A stretch of DNA of 64,000 nucleotides from Pseudomonadales bacterium (GCA_965222065.1 OZ244933.1:1447680-1511679); one strand, 5' to 3'; shown: positions 9,753 through 20,679, numbered from the stretch's first letter. The notes: a model not told the origin generated them from the sequence alone. Numbers and translations: made by a program.

Positions 9753-10931
9753 TTATCTGCACCGGGCATTTTCCGGATTCGCGACCCAGACAATGGCATC
9801 TTTAAACAAGGCTGAATAATCCGGGTTCGCGTAAACTTCAGGCAAGTGACCTATTGCGGTGTATAGCGCACGACCATCACCCACACAATTCGACCAGATA
9901 ATGGGGTGATCCTTACCCATCGCCAATCTCGGGGGCACTACCTCATAAGTAGATTCGTCCAAATTGGCTATCACATTGACACCATTGGAACGCGGGCTCG
10001 ATTCGAAGGAATACCATTCTTCCCGCAATGTCCAGCCTGGCATTTGCTGCTGGCCTATTCCACCTGCGGTAGGCTCAATGGCAACATATGCTTCCTGAAA
10101 CTGCTGCTCTCCTACGGGGTGACCTATTGCGCGGGCATCACCCAGCAATACTTCCTTGTACCAGGGCCAAATATCAAACCAGTAATTTCCAGCAGCGTGG
10201 ATTCCCAGGTAACCACCGCCCCCGGTAATATAATCCCTGTAAGCCTCACGCTGACTTAGTGTAAGTGCATCACCAAAGTTGTTATTCCAGATAACCAGGT
10301 CAAACTGGTCAAGTGTTTCGGGATTAAAAACAGCGGCGGAGTTTGTCACCACGACTCCCCAACCAAGCTGGCTAGCAATATTTCGGATTGCCTCGGTAGC
10401 GGCAGCGACGACAGACCCATGATGAAAACCAACCACCTTGTTAAATACCAGGATTCGGTGTTCCGTTTCAGGAATAGTCAGCTCAGGCAACTCAATATCA
10501 TAGTTGGCACAGCGTGCCTTGCGATCCATGTCAGTGATATTGAGCAAAGCAAGTGCACGATTGATCTCTTCTTGCTGAGACTCTGAAATCTCATGACTGC
10601 GGGCCACCATACGCACGGACCGGGTCAAGCTGTAGGTCGACCTTATCTCGGCAGTTGGTGGCTCAATGCGCTTGTCGTCGTCGGGCAAACTATCCAGAAA
10701 TCCCGGCAAATGTTCATTAACTACCTCTTTGGCATTTTGACTTACCAGAACATGAAAAAAAGGGGAATCAAGAGAAAACGGTGTATCTCTTAAGGGGCAA
10801 TCTGCTATTTGGGTTTCTTCAGCATGCAGGTTTTGAATAAGGCCTGTAAATACCAATAGGCAGGCTGTCAGTAAAAACCTGACAGGACAAGATTCAAAAG
10901 CATATGGAATATTTTTATTATTGGATTTCAA
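9753..10931 (-). CDS. Secreted ThuA-like (trehalose-utilisation, class I glutamine-amidotransferase-like) domain protein
   Basis: N-terminal signal peptide. Motifs GGGGYLGIHAAGN and DHPIIWSNCVGDGRALYTAIGH match the ThuA domain. Paralogous to the ORF at 15318..16196. Confidence 0.6.
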   Translation of the reverse strand: MKSNNKNIPYAFESCPVRFLLTACLLVFTGLIQNLHAEETQIADCPLRDTPFSLDSPFFHVLVSQNAKEVVNEHLPGFLDSLPDDDKRIEPPTAEIRSTYSLTRSVRMVARSHEISESQQEEINRALALLNITDMDRKARCANYDIELPELTIPETEHRILVFNKVVGFHHGSVVAAATEAIRNIASQLGWGVVVTNSAAVFNPETLDQFDLVIWNNNFGDALTLSQREAYRDYITGGGGYLGIHAAGNYWFDIWPWYKEVLLGDARAIGHPVGEQQFQEAYVAIEPTAGGIGQQQMPGWTLREEWYSFESSPRSNGVNVIANLDESTYEVVPPRLAMGKDHPIIWSNCVGDGRALYTAIGHLPEVYANPDYSALFKDAIVWVANPENARCR

Positions 10932-11055
10932 TGTTTCCCCCAGGCTCAGTCTCTAATGACATAAGCTATTATGTTTATACTGTTGCAGCTTAATATAGTT
11001 TCAATGAAAAACCACAACTAAGCCATCTCTCTTAAACCAATAAATAAACAGCAAA

Positions 11056-11823
11056 ATGACGAACCTTCCCAGGACACCCAGCTTTGCACTTAAGGGTCAG
11101 CGCGCACTGGTCACAGGCGCGAGCCGCGGAATTGGCCTGGCCTCAGCTGCTGCCCTGGCACAGGCTGGGGCGGAAGTTACGCTGGTTGCTCGTAGTGAAA
11201 ATGAAATTCAGCAGGCCGCTGAAGCGATTAATACTTCGGGCGGAATTGCCCATTTTGAGTCTCTGGATGTGTCCAGTCTGGACAGCGTCAGTGAGTTTTT
11301 TGCCGGGCGCCCTGCGTTCGATATCCTGGTAAACAATGCGGGTACCAATCGCCCCAAACCATTAATTGAAGTCACTGAAGATGACTACGAAGCCGTGCTG
11401 GATCTCAACCTGAAAAGTGCCATCTTTGTCAGCCAGGCATGCGCCAGGCAAATGCTTCATGAACAGGTAAGCGGCTCGATCATCCACATCAGTTCCCAAC
11501 TAGGGCATGTGGGCAGCCCGAACCGTTCCCTGTATTGTGCCTCCAAGTGGGGACTGGAGGGCTTTAGCAAGGCACTGGCGCTGGAGCTGGCGCCACACGG
11601 CATTCGCAGCAATACGATCTGTCCCACCTATATCGAAACACCCCTGACCCAGCCCTACTTTGAAGACAAGGCATTTCTCGAAAGTGTGTTGAAAAACATT
11701 AAACTTGGCCGACTGGGCCAGGTGGAAGACCTGATGGGCCCTGTAGTATTTCTCGCCTCCGAGGCATCTGCCCTGATGACTGGCAGCAGTATGATGCTCG
11801 ATGGCGGCTGGACGGCCGAATAA
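11056..11823 (+). CDS. SDR family short-chain dehydrogenase/reductase
   Basis: TGASRGIG Rossmann motif, NNAG motif, and the catalytic S...Y..K (SSQ...YCASK). Confidence 0.85.
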   Translation: MTNLPRTPSFALKGQRALVTGASRGIGLASAAALAQAGAEVTLVARSENEIQQAAEAINTSGGIAHFESLDVSSLDSVSEFFAGRPAFDILVNNAGTNRPKPLIEVTEDDYEAVLDLNLKSAIFVSQACARQMLHEQVSGSIIHISSQLGHVGSPNRSLYCASKWGLEGFSKALALELAPHGIRSNTICPTYIETPLTQPYFEDKAFLESVLKNIKLGRLGQVEDLMGPVVFLASEASALMTGSSMMLDGGWTAE

Positions 11824-11845
11824 TCCTAAACCGGAACAAATGTAG

Positions 11846-13069
11846 ATGAACGACTATTTCAATAGAAAGTTACCCGACGTCGAGTCCCTCAGACAGCATG
11901 CCAAAAAACGCATTCCCAAATTTGCGTTCGAATATCTGGAAAATGGCTGTAACGAAGAAGTCGGGCTCGATCGAAATCGCACCGCGATTCAGTCTGTTCA
12001 GCTACGCAGCCGTTTGCTTCAACCTTCTACCAAAAGCGACCCCGCTACAGAGATTTTTGGTCATACCTACAGTGCACCTTTTGGTATTGCCCCGATTGGT
12101 TTGCAGGGCCTGGTCTGGCCAAAGGCACCGGAAATCCTGGCGCGTGCCGCAAAAGATTTAAATGTCCCCTACATTCTTAGCACGGTTTCATCAGCCGGAC
12201 TGGAGCAGATCGCGGAAATTTCCGAAGGGCACGCCTGGTACCAGCTTTACAACCCGACCGACCCGGAAATCCGGCAGGACCTGCTGCAAAGAGTCCAGTC
12301 GGCCGGATATAAAGTGCTTGTGGTGACCGTGGACGTACCGACGTTTGGTTTTCGCCCAAGGGATATGAAAAACGGCCTGTCCATGCCGCCTAAAATGACA
12401 CTAAAGAATGTCCTGCAAATGGCCTCATGCCCCCAATGGCTCTGGGAAACAGCAAAAGCCGGCAAACCGGAAATGCAAACCTTGAAACCCTACATGTCGC
12501 CAGACATGCCGGTCCATGAACTTATGGATTTTATGAACAAGACCGTGATGGGGCCCGTCGACATCGAAGGACTGAAGCCGCTTCGTGATTTCTGGCAAGG
12601 ACCACTGGTCATCAAGGGATTGATCAATGAAGAAGATGTAAAAGACGCCATCCGCCTGGGTGCAGATGCCGTCGTGATCTCCAATCACGGCGCACGTCAG
12701 TTGGATAATGGTGAAGCAGCGGTAGAACCCCTGAAACGCATTTCCAGAAAATACAATAAAGACCTGAAAATCTTTATGGATGGGGGGCTGAGGACAGGTT
12801 CAAACATTGCCGCTGCACTCGCCTGCGGTGCCGATTTCACCTTCCTTGGTCGCCCCTTTGTATACGGAGTGGGCGCCCTGGGCGACAAGGGTGGCGTGCA
12901 TACCATTAACAGTCTGCGTATCCAGCTGGAACAGGTGATGAACCAGCTGGGCTGTGCGTCTGTAAAAGATCTGCCGAACTTCCTGGTGGAAGAGCCCAAC
13001 ACGCATGACGAGCTGTGGAATTCATACCGGCAACTGTCAGAAACACTGACCAGTCATTTTCGACTTTGA
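11846..13069 (+). CDS. FMN-dependent alpha-hydroxy-acid dehydrogenase (L-lactate dehydrogenase / glycolate oxidase family)
   Basis: SNHGARQLD motif and the overall TIM-barrel FMN-dehydrogenase pattern. Confidence 0.8.
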   Translation: MNDYFNRKLPDVESLRQHAKKRIPKFAFEYLENGCNEEVGLDRNRTAIQSVQLRSRLLQPSTKSDPATEIFGHTYSAPFGIAPIGLQGLVWPKAPEILARAAKDLNVPYILSTVSSAGLEQIAEISEGHAWYQLYNPTDPEIRQDLLQRVQSAGYKVLVVTVDVPTFGFRPRDMKNGLSMPPKMTLKNVLQMASCPQWLWETAKAGKPEMQTLKPYMSPDMPVHELMDFMNKTVMGPVDIEGLKPLRDFWQGPLVIKGLINEEDVKDAIRLGADAVVISNHGARQLDNGEAAVEPLKRISRKYNKDLKIFMDGGLRTGSNIAAALACGADFTFLGRPFVYGVGALGDKGGVHTINSLRIQLEQVMNQLGCASVKDLPNFLVEEPNTHDELWNSYRQLSETLTSHFRL

Positions 13070-13086
13070 CTCCGGTCTAAAAAGTC

Positions 13087-14856
13087 TTAGTCCACCGTAA
13101 TATCGCGGCTTGCGGGCATGCGGATGTCATCCACCATGTTGCCGATTTCACGAGGCGTCGGCGCGGTAAATCGGGCAACCGTGGTGGCCACCGCAAAGTT
13201 CACCAGCATGCCAATGGCGCCAATGCCCTCTGGTGAGATCCCCAGGAACCAGTGCTCACTGGCATTGAGCTCTGGCGCAATAAACTTGTAGAACACAATA
13301 TAGCCAAAGGCCACCAGAAAACCGGAGACCATGCCGGCAATCGCACCCTCACGGTTCATCCACTTAAAGAAGATGCCCATAAAGATCGCCGGGAACAGGC
13401 TGGCCGCCGCCAACCCAAAGGCAAAGGCCACCACCTGGGCAACAAACCCCGGCGGATTGATCCCAAAGTAACCGGCAATCAAGATCGCCACGGTGGCCGC
13501 CATGCGCGCATACGTCAGCTCTTGTTTGTCGGTAATCGACGGCATCAGGGTCTTCTTCATCAGATCATGAGAGACCGCGGTGGAAATCACTAGCAACAAC
13601 CCGGCGGCTGTCGATAGCGCCGCAGCGACCGCACCGGCCGCTACCAGGGCAATCACCCATTTGGGCAACTGGGCAATCTCGGGATTGGCCAACACGATAG
13701 TATCCCGGTCGACATAGACTTCATTGGCATTGGCGGTCATCTCGTTGGTAATGACCCGTTCCCCCTGCAGACCCCGCTCTTCCGTAAACTCGGGCAGCCC
13801 CTCAAAGGGCGCACCGGGGGCATACTGGATTGTCCCGTCGTCGTTCTTGTCATTCCAGGCATACAAGCCCACATTTTCCCAGGTCTTGAACCAGGCGGGC
13901 ACATCGCTGTAGGGCGTCTCATGAATGGTGTCGATAAAGTTGATGCGGGCAAAGGCCGCCACGCTGGGAGCGGTCGTATACAGCAGGGCAATAAATAACA
14001 AGGCATAGCCTGCCGATTTGCGCGCATCCGAAACTCTGGGCACGGTAAAAAAGCGCACAATCACATGCGGAAGGCCGGCCGTACCGACCATCAGGGCCAT
14101 GGTAATGGCCAGTACATCAATGGTCGCTCTCTGGCCCTGGGTATAGGCCGCAAAACCCAGATCCATCAGAGTACTATCCAGCTTCTCCAATACCGTCATG
14201 CCACTACCATCTGTGACGGTAGACCCTAGGCCCAATTGGGGGATGGGGTTACCGGTGATCAATATGGAGATGAACACCGCCGGGACAAAATAGGCAAACA
14301 TCAGCACACAGTATTGGGCCACCTGGGTATAGGTAATACCTTTCATGCCGCCCATCACGGCATAGAAAAACACGATGCCCATGCCGATGATGACACCGGT
14401 ATTAATGTCCACCTCCAAAAAGCGGGAGAACACAATACCCACACCGCGCATCTGCCCGGCAATGTAAGTGAAAGAGATAAAGATCAGGCAGACCACAGCG
14501 ACCAGCCTGGCGGTTCGGGAATAGTAACGTTCACCAATAAAGTCCGGCACGGTGAACTGCCCAAATTTCCTCAGGTAGGGGGCCAGCAACAGGGCCAGCA
14601 ACACAAAGCCCCCGGTCCAGCCCATCAGATAGACCGACCCGTCATACCCCAGAAAAGCGATGAGTCCGGCCATGGAGATAAACGAGGCCGCACTCATCCA
14701 GTCAGCTGCGGTGGCCATGCCGTTTAAAACGGGCGGAACACCACCCCCGGCAACATAAAACTCACTGGTGGAACCGGCACGGGACCAGATGGCAATACCG
14801 ATATACAGGGCAAAGGACAGCCCGACAAACAGATAACTCAGCGTTTGTGCATCCAT
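13087..14856 (-). CDS. Sodium:solute symporter family transporter (ActP-like cation/acetate symporter)
   Basis: 589 aa, ~13 TM helices, SSS-family composition. Preceded by a DUF4212-type small membrane protein, the arrangement seen for actP/yjcH-like pairs. Confidence 0.8.
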   Translation of the reverse strand: MDAQTLSYLFVGLSFALYIGIAIWSRAGSTSEFYVAGGGVPPVLNGMATAADWMSAASFISMAGLIAFLGYDGSVYLMGWTGGFVLLALLLAPYLRKFGQFTVPDFIGERYYSRTARLVAVVCLIFISFTYIAGQMRGVGIVFSRFLEVDINTGVIIGMGIVFFYAVMGGMKGITYTQVAQYCVLMFAYFVPAVFISILITGNPIPQLGLGSTVTDGSGMTVLEKLDSTLMDLGFAAYTQGQRATIDVLAITMALMVGTAGLPHVIVRFFTVPRVSDARKSAGYALLFIALLYTTAPSVAAFARINFIDTIHETPYSDVPAWFKTWENVGLYAWNDKNDDGTIQYAPGAPFEGLPEFTEERGLQGERVITNEMTANANEVYVDRDTIVLANPEIAQLPKWVIALVAAGAVAAALSTAAGLLLVISTAVSHDLMKKTLMPSITDKQELTYARMAATVAILIAGYFGINPPGFVAQVVAFAFGLAAASLFPAIFMGIFFKWMNREGAIAGMVSGFLVAFGYIVFYKFIAPELNASEHWFLGISPEGIGAIGMLVNFAVATTVARFTAPTPREIGNMVDDIRMPASRDITVD

Positions 14857-14858
14857 GC

Positions 14859-15206
14859 TTATTCCTCTTCGTCATCATCGACGTGGAAACGATCTTCCAG
14901 CCGTCCCATCAGATGGGAATAAACAAAAATGAGTATGACAAAGCAAATAATGGAGCCCTGCTGGGCAAACCAGAATCCCAGCGGGAAGCCGAAGAACGTA
15001 ATCTGGTTGAGCACATCGACAAACAATATGCTGCAACCAAAGGACACCAGCGCCCAAATGCTTAAAAGGATAGCCAGCAAGCGGAGATTGGCCTTCCAGT
15101 AGGCATCAATAATTTCATGATCTATGGCAGGCTGTTCGCGCTCGCCGTGTTTGGGCAGGTTGCCTCCCTCGTGGTGGTACCTGTGCTCGTTCTTGTTAGT
15201 TTCCAC
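14859..15206 (-). CDS. DUF4212 small membrane protein, the solute-symporter accessory subunit (YjcH-like)
   Basis: 115-aa protein with two TM helices and an acidic C-terminus. Sits immediately upstream of, and presumably co-transcribed with, the SSS transporter. Confidence 0.65.
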   Translation of the reverse strand: METNKNEHRYHHEGGNLPKHGEREQPAIDHEIIDAYWKANLRLLAILLSIWALVSFGCSILFVDVLNQITFFGFPLGFWFAQQGSIICFVILIFVYSHLMGRLEDRFHVDDDEEE

Positions 15207-15317
15207 GGATTCCCCTCCAGAATATTGACGGGCATTAATGGCTTTTATTTTTTATCCAGTCTGCATATAAACCCAAAGCAAAGGCTGACACAAATTCAGA
15301 CCGACTCCATTTGAAAT

Positions 15318-16196
15318 TTATTCCGACTCTTCTGCCACACAAAATGGGTTGCGACCCATTGCGCTCTCTATGCCACCAAGAATGTGGGCCAGATAATGTT
15401 CGTTTCTAAAAATCTCCTCACTGTGCCCAAGGGTCGTCAGCCAGGCCCGCCCACCATCATAGTAGTGGCACCAACTGACCGGGTGCGGCCCTTCATAGGT
15501 TCCCGGATGCCCAAAAAAACCTTTCGTGCTGTCTCTTGTCGAATCATCGACTTCCAGTAGCAGACGGACATTACCTGTCTCAAGCGGGTTGGGGTGAACG
15601 TTGTACCACTCATCTTCCAGCACAAATCGGGATGGCAGTTCTTGTGTCGAAGTATCGTTGCTGTTTGACACTACCGCTGTTCCTTCCATAAAGGGAGCAT
15701 GATCATAGAGCTGCGTGTTGCCCAAAAGGCCCCGAAACCATTCCCAGTTGAATTGGGTGCCAAACACGTTATGGATACCCACAAATCCACCGCCGCCTTG
15801 CATGTATAGCCGCAAGGCACGTTTCTCGGCACTGTTCATCACGTCGCGCTGGGTATTAAAGAAAATTACAGCATTAAATGTATTCAGTTGTCCGGGGTTG
15901 GAAAGTAGCGTTTCATCAGTGGCCACCTTAATGGCATGTTCATTGAGAAGGGCAATCAACTGTTCTGTGGCGTAGGGCGTGTTCTCGTGGGGTGAGCCAT
16001 CCTCACCAATGCGGCTGAAAAGCAGCACCTTGTAACCTTCCTCCGCCGGGTTTCTCATACCCCAATCGCTATAGCAGCCGGGCTGCGTGCCACTGCATGG
16101 TTCAGAGCTTGTGTGCTGCGCCTGTCCTGTAATTGCCATACACATCAGGAAAACCAGTAGCGACAGGGTTTTTAAAATTGCCGTTAAATATCTCAT
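15318..16196 (-). CDS. Secreted ThuA-like domain protein, paralog of the 9753..10931 gene
   Basis: Signal peptide. Motifs GGGGFVGIHN and HPVSWCHYYDGGRAWLTTLGH parallel those of the other ThuA-like ORF. Confidence 0.6.
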   Translation of the reverse strand: MRYLTAILKTLSLLVFLMCMAITGQAQHTSSEPCSGTQPGCYSDWGMRNPAEEGYKVLLFSRIGEDGSPHENTPYATEQLIALLNEHAIKVATDETLLSNPGQLNTFNAVIFFNTQRDVMNSAEKRALRLYMQGGGGFVGIHNVFGTQFNWEWFRGLLGNTQLYDHAPFMEGTAVVSNSNDTSTQELPSRFVLEDEWYNVHPNPLETGNVRLLLEVDDSTRDSTKGFFGHPGTYEGPHPVSWCHYYDGGRAWLTTLGHSEEIFRNEHYLAHILGGIESAMGRNPFCVAEESE

Positions 16197-16345
16197 GTTG
16201 CTGATTGTCCAAAGCTCAAACGATCAAAATACCCCGCCATTTCCTGCTGGAAAATTCACTTTTCGGTCAGGGCGCAAGTACAGTACTCTACCACCGGATC
16301 CGGATAAACATCCGGACTTCTCTCCGGGGGACAGAGGAAAAAATA

Positions 16346-17899
16346 ATGCCAGGTCCAAACCCAATTCGCCGACGCAGCTTTCTTAAACTTTCCGGTTCCG
16401 GTCTTCTTGCTCCTGCCGGCATCGCTGCACCTTCCATCAGTATGGCCGCCGATCGACCACAAGCAAATATGGGCTGTAGTAGCGGAGACGTCACCAGTTC
16501 GGGCGCCATCATCTGGACACGGACGGACCGGCCTTCCCAGCTAAAGGTGGCTGTATCCGAAGATCCGGACTTCCGAAATAACCAGCAGTTTTACGGAGGG
16601 TTTGGTCTCTCCGAAAATGATTTTAATACCAAGGCAGCGATCAATGGGCTAAAGCCTGACACCCAATATTTTTACCGCCTGGAGTGCGAGAGCCTTGAAT
16701 CTCCGGGATTATTCGGTGAACCGGTTTATGGCAGCTTTCGCAGTGCCGCCAGCTCTCCGCAAAAAGCCATCCGATTCTGCTGGTCGGGCGATACCGCCGG
16801 CCAGGGCTGGGGAATTGATCGCAACCGTGGCGGCATGAAAATTTACCAGGCTATGCTCAGCCAACAACCGGATTTTTTCGTTCATAGCGGCGACCAGATT
16901 TATGCCGATGGCCCCATGAATGAAACGGTCACACTCGACGATGGATCCCTCTGGAGAAACGAACTTATCGAAGCCAAAACCCGTGTTGCCGAATCCACCC
17001 AAGACTTTCGCGAAAACTATTACTACAACTTTCTGGATGACCATGTAAAACGCTTTCATGCCCAGGTACCGGTTTACAATCAATGGGATGATCATGAAGT
17101 CGTGAATAACTGGTATCCGGGTGAATTACTGACAGACGACAGGTACTCCGTAAAAAGTGCATCCCTGTTGGCTGTCCGCTCCCGCAGGGCCATGTTCGAA
17201 TGCAACCCTATTGCCAACAACCGCCATCATCCCGAGCGTATTTATCGAAAAGTCTCTCACGGGCCCTTTCTCGAATTATTCTTCCTTGATTTGCGATCCT
17301 ATCGCGGGCCGAATTCACGCAATCGGCAAGCGCAAAAAAGTGCCGAAACGGCTTTTATGGGGGATCCACAATTGCAGTGGTTAAAGCAGGCGCTGACGGA
17401 GTCCACCGCCACCTGGAAAATCATCTGCTCGGACATGCCCATCGGGCTCATCGTGCCGGACGGACCAGAAAACTTTGAAAATGGCGCCAACGGAGATGGT
17501 CCACCCCTGGGACGCGAGCAGGAAATTGCCGATTTGCTGGGCTACATACACCAGCAAGAAATTGCCAATGTCCACTTTATTACAGCCGATGTTCATTACT
17601 GCGCTTCCCATTACTACTCGCCGGAAAAGGCCGTGTTTAAAAATTTCACCCCTTTCTGGGAATTTGTCAGTGGACCAATGCATGCCGGTACGTTTGGCCC
17701 TGGCCAACTGGATAACACCTTTGGACCTGATGAAGTATTTCGGGGTATCCCGGAGGGCATGGCGCCCAATCGACCGCCGTCAGAGGGGTTTCAGTTTTAT
17801 GGCCTGGTGGATATTAACCCGGATGACCAGTCGATGACCGTCACGCACCTAAACGCCGAAAACGAGGTTCTTTGGCAGAAAACTTTACTTCCAAAGTGA
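16346..17899 (+). CDS. phoD: Alkaline phosphatase/phosphodiesterase, PhoD family, with a Tat signal
   Basis: Twin-arginine motif RRRSFLKLSG after the ATG at 16346 (GAGGAAAAAATA then ATG). PhoD-like metallophosphatase motifs (GDQIYAD, NQWDDHEV). The upstream in-frame extension from 16205 lacks an RBS and would bury the Tat signal. Confidence 0.75.
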   Translation: MPGPNPIRRRSFLKLSGSGLLAPAGIAAPSISMAADRPQANMGCSSGDVTSSGAIIWTRTDRPSQLKVAVSEDPDFRNNQQFYGGFGLSENDFNTKAAINGLKPDTQYFYRLECESLESPGLFGEPVYGSFRSAASSPQKAIRFCWSGDTAGQGWGIDRNRGGMKIYQAMLSQQPDFFVHSGDQIYADGPMNETVTLDDGSLWRNELIEAKTRVAESTQDFRENYYYNFLDDHVKRFHAQVPVYNQWDDHEVVNNWYPGELLTDDRYSVKSASLLAVRSRRAMFECNPIANNRHHPERIYRKVSHGPFLELFFLDLRSYRGPNSRNRQAQKSAETAFMGDPQLQWLKQALTESTATWKIICSDMPIGLIVPDGPENFENGANGDGPPLGREQEIADLLGYIHQQEIANVHFITADVHYCASHYYSPEKAVFKNFTPFWEFVSGPMHAGTFGPGQLDNTFGPDEVFRGIPEGMAPNRPPSEGFQFYGLVDINPDDQSMTVTHLNAENEVLWQKTLLPK

Positions 17900-17928
17900 T
17901 AGCATCCGGCTGATTTACTTGGATCAAA

Positions 17929-19083
17929 TTGCTGAAAACGACAATTATGAAAAGAACAATGCACTTCTTTGTCACCACTTTTGCTTTTTATCTTATTACA
18001 GGCTTCTTGCTGTCTGCCCAAGCGGAACCAGCTAAATTAAACTTGGGTGCCTGCTCGGCTGAAGGGTCGGTTTTTCAGGCTGACACAGAATGGCTTCAGG
18101 TGCCTCAGGGACAGGTACTTGGCCAGGTTACGGCCGTAGCGGTGGATGACTCGGATCATGTGTGGGTTTTGCATCGTCCCGGCTCGGTAACCGACGCCAA
18201 CTCGGCGCTAGTTCTGCCGCCCGTCTTGGAGTTTGATGATGGCGGGCATTTTGTGCAGGCTTTTGGCGGCCCCGACGATCAATACCAGTGGCCGGACAGG
18301 GAACATAGCCTGGCGGTATCGGCGTCGGGTCAAATCTGGGTGAGCGGAAGCGCGTATCGGGATCTGGAGCCCGGACGCGGCGACCACATGCTGCTTGTCT
18401 TTGATAGCAACGGCCAGTTTCTCCGCCAGATCGGCCAGCGGGGCGCCAGCGAGGGCAACCTCGACAGGGAAAACCTGAATGCCCCGGGTGATATCTTCAT
18501 TGATGATGAAGCCCGCGAAGCCTATATTGCGGACGGTTACGGGAATCAGCGTGCCATTGTTTTTAGCACCGAAGATGGCCGTTTTCTACGCATGTGGGGC
18601 GCTTATGGAACAGACGAGTTTCCGACATCAATGCAAGACCTCCCCGAAAGCGATCCCCAGGCTGACAGCTTCCATAACGTTCATGGGGTGGAGATCGCAA
18701 ATGATGGGAAGGTCTACATCTCCGACCGAATGAACCAGCGCATCCAGGTGTTTTCTGCCGACGGGACCTTTCTCGATCAAACATTGGTAAACCCTGGGTA
18801 CCCCTCGCCTTTGACCGCCTCAGGCATCACGTTCTCGACGGACGATGCCCAGAAATATATGTTCGTCGTCGACTGGGGTAATCATACGATTGAGGTATTC
18901 GATCGCCACTCGCTTGAGCATATTGCTCGAATTGGCAACGCGGGTACCCAGCCGGGCGAATTCCTGGGTCCGCACCTGATTGATACGGACAGTCGGGGCA
19001 ATCTTTATATTGCCGAAGTCCAGGGCGCGCGCCTGCAGCGACTTGCACCCTGCAACACAGACAACGGGGCGGTTATTTGGTAA
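17929..19083 (+). CDS. Secreted NHL-repeat / six-bladed beta-propeller protein
   Basis: Signal peptide. Repeated blade motifs (GVAVDDSDHVWVLHR, GDIFIDDEAREAYIADGY, VEIANDGKVYISDRMNQRIQVF, GNLYIAEVQGARLQR). Confidence 0.6.
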   Translation: MLKTTIMKRTMHFFVTTFAFYLITGFLLSAQAEPAKLNLGACSAEGSVFQADTEWLQVPQGQVLGQVTAVAVDDSDHVWVLHRPGSVTDANSALVLPPVLEFDDGGHFVQAFGGPDDQYQWPDREHSLAVSASGQIWVSGSAYRDLEPGRGDHMLLVFDSNGQFLRQIGQRGASEGNLDRENLNAPGDIFIDDEAREAYIADGYGNQRAIVFSTEDGRFLRMWGAYGTDEFPTSMQDLPESDPQADSFHNVHGVEIANDGKVYISDRMNQRIQVFSADGTFLDQTLVNPGYPSPLTASGITFSTDDAQKYMFVVDWGNHTIEVFDRHSLEHIARIGNAGTQPGEFLGPHLIDTDSRGNLYIAEVQGARLQRLAPCNTDNGAVIW

Positions 19084-19087
19084 TTCC

Positions 19088-19507
19088 CTAGACCGTGATC
19101 GAATCGTGTACGACGACTTTTTCCCAGAGGTGTGAGCAGTTTTCTACAAACTCCAGGTGAATCGGGTGAGCCTGATAGGCGCTTTGAGCCTCCAGATCAT
19201 CAAAAAACATAAGCTCGGACACCTGGAAACTGTTGTCGACCACATCGCGATTTTCCGTGGACGCCGGCAGACCGATTTGCAACGAATTTACTGAAGGAAT
19301 CTGCTCCAGGGTTTTCAGTCCCTCAATCAGGGTTTGCCTGTCCTCATCGGAACCAGGTCGTTTCAGCCAGAAAAAAACCGCATGAATCAGTTGCTGTGGC
19401 TGATTAGGCTGACTTGATTTTGCCATTACTCTTCCTCCGGATACGGATGCAGCCGCACCGGCCGCTGTTGTTGCCACGAACTGCCTTCTGGTCAACTTAC
19501 CCATCAA
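19088..19507 (-). CDS. Dabb-family (stress-responsive dimeric alpha+beta barrel) protein with a Tat signal
   Basis: RRQFVATTAAGAAAS Tat-like N-terminus followed by a ~100-aa Dabb-like domain. Confidence 0.5.
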   Translation of the reverse strand: MMGKLTRRQFVATTAAGAAASVSGGRVMAKSSQPNQPQQLIHAVFFWLKRPGSDEDRQTLIEGLKTLEQIPSVNSLQIGLPASTENRDVVDNSFQVSELMFFDDLEAQSAYQAHPIHLEFVENCSHLWEKVVVHDSITV

Positions 19508-19569
19508 ATATTCCTCACGTTTACCTTTAAAAAGAAGCCAGCGAATTACTGCGCCGGGCTCACCTGTGC

Positions 19570-20679
19570 CTAGAGCTGCCGATAATGCCGGGTGGCCGAT
19601 ACCTGACGCAGTCCTTCAGCGGCCTGTTCCGGCGTAATGTCCCGCTGGGGTTCCGCCATCATTTCATAACCCACCATAAATTTCCTGACCGTCGCTGAAC
19701 GCAGCAATGGAGGATACAGGTGGGCATGAAGCTGCCAGTGCCCCATATCTTCTGTCTCACTTACCACCCCTGGCGCCTGATGCCAGCCCATGGAATAGGG
19801 AAAGCTGGTTTCAAACAGATTATCGTAGCGAGTTAGAAACCGTTTGAGGATGTCTGCCAGCGACTGCTTTTCCTCGTCCCTGAGTTCGCCCATGTGTCGG
19901 ATGTGGCGGCGCGGCATCAGCAACATCTCAAATGGCCACATGGCCCAGTATGGTACCAGCGCCACCCAATGGGGATTTGAATCGACAATGCGCTCGCCGT
20001 TTTCAAGCTCTGCCTGCAGGTAATCCAGCAGCAGGACTGACCCATGTGACGCCAAATAGGTTTGTTGACTGGCATCGACCCTGGCAGGTTCTGAAGGCAA
20101 ATGCTGGCTGGCCCATATCTGCCCGTGCGGGTGGGGATTGGAACAGCCCATTGCCGCTCCCTTGTTCTCAAAAATCTGTACCCACCGATATTGTCTGGCC
20201 AATTCGGAATATTGATCACTCCAGAGACTGACCACCGCCGCGATTTGCTCAACCGGCATTTCCGGCAAGGTTAAATCGTGCCGAGGAGAAAAACAGATCA
20301 CCCTGCATTCGCCATACACAGGCTGTGCCTGTAATAAACCAGGGTCAGGCTTTGCCCGAAATAAGCCAGAGTCAGGCTGTGACTGCGACAAACCTGGACC
20401 CAACAAATCACTTGTCTGCTCGTCCTGTTTTACCAGGGCCGCAAAGTCGTTTTCAAATACATAGGTGGAGTCGTAGGCCGGGTTGGTTTCCCCGTTGGCG
20501 CGGGGATTTTCAGGGCAAAGGTAACACTGCGGATCGTATTCAGGGCGTTGTGTGTAATCGGCGTCTTCGCTTTGTCCCTGCCAGGGCCGTTTGGTTCGGT
20601 GTGGCGAAACCAGCACCCATTGTTCCAGCAAGGGGTTATAGCGTCGGTGCGGTTGATCCTGGAAATTAAACCCGGACAT
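19570..20679 (-). CDS. galT: Galactose-1-phosphate uridylyltransferase
   Basis: HPHGQIWA active-site motif (HxHxQ) and zinc-binding Cys/His residues. Start overlaps the galK stop. Confidence 0.9.
   Translation of the reverse strand: MSGFNFQDQPHRRYNPLLEQWVLVSPHRTKRPWQGQSEDADYTQRPEYDPQCYLCPENPRANGETNPAYDSTYVFENDFAALVKQDEQTSDLLGPGLSQSQPDSGLFRAKPDPGLLQAQPVYGECRVICFSPRHDLTLPEMPVEQIAAVVSLWSDQYSELARQYRWVQIFENKGAAMGCSNPHPHGQIWASQHLPSEPARVDASQQTYLASHGSVLLLDYLQAELENGERIVDSNPHWVALVPYWAMWPFEMLLMPRRHIRHMGELRDEEKQSLADILKRFLTRYDNLFETSFPYSMGWHQAPGVVSETEDMGHWQLHAHLYPPLLRSATVRKFMVGYEMMAEPQRDITPEQAAEGLRQVSATRHYRQL

Noticed and set aside
16205-16345. Upstream extension of phoD
   Set aside because: No RBS. It would place the twin-arginine signal 47 residues from the N-terminus. 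The ATG at 16346 has a GAGGAAAAAATA Shine-Dalgarno.
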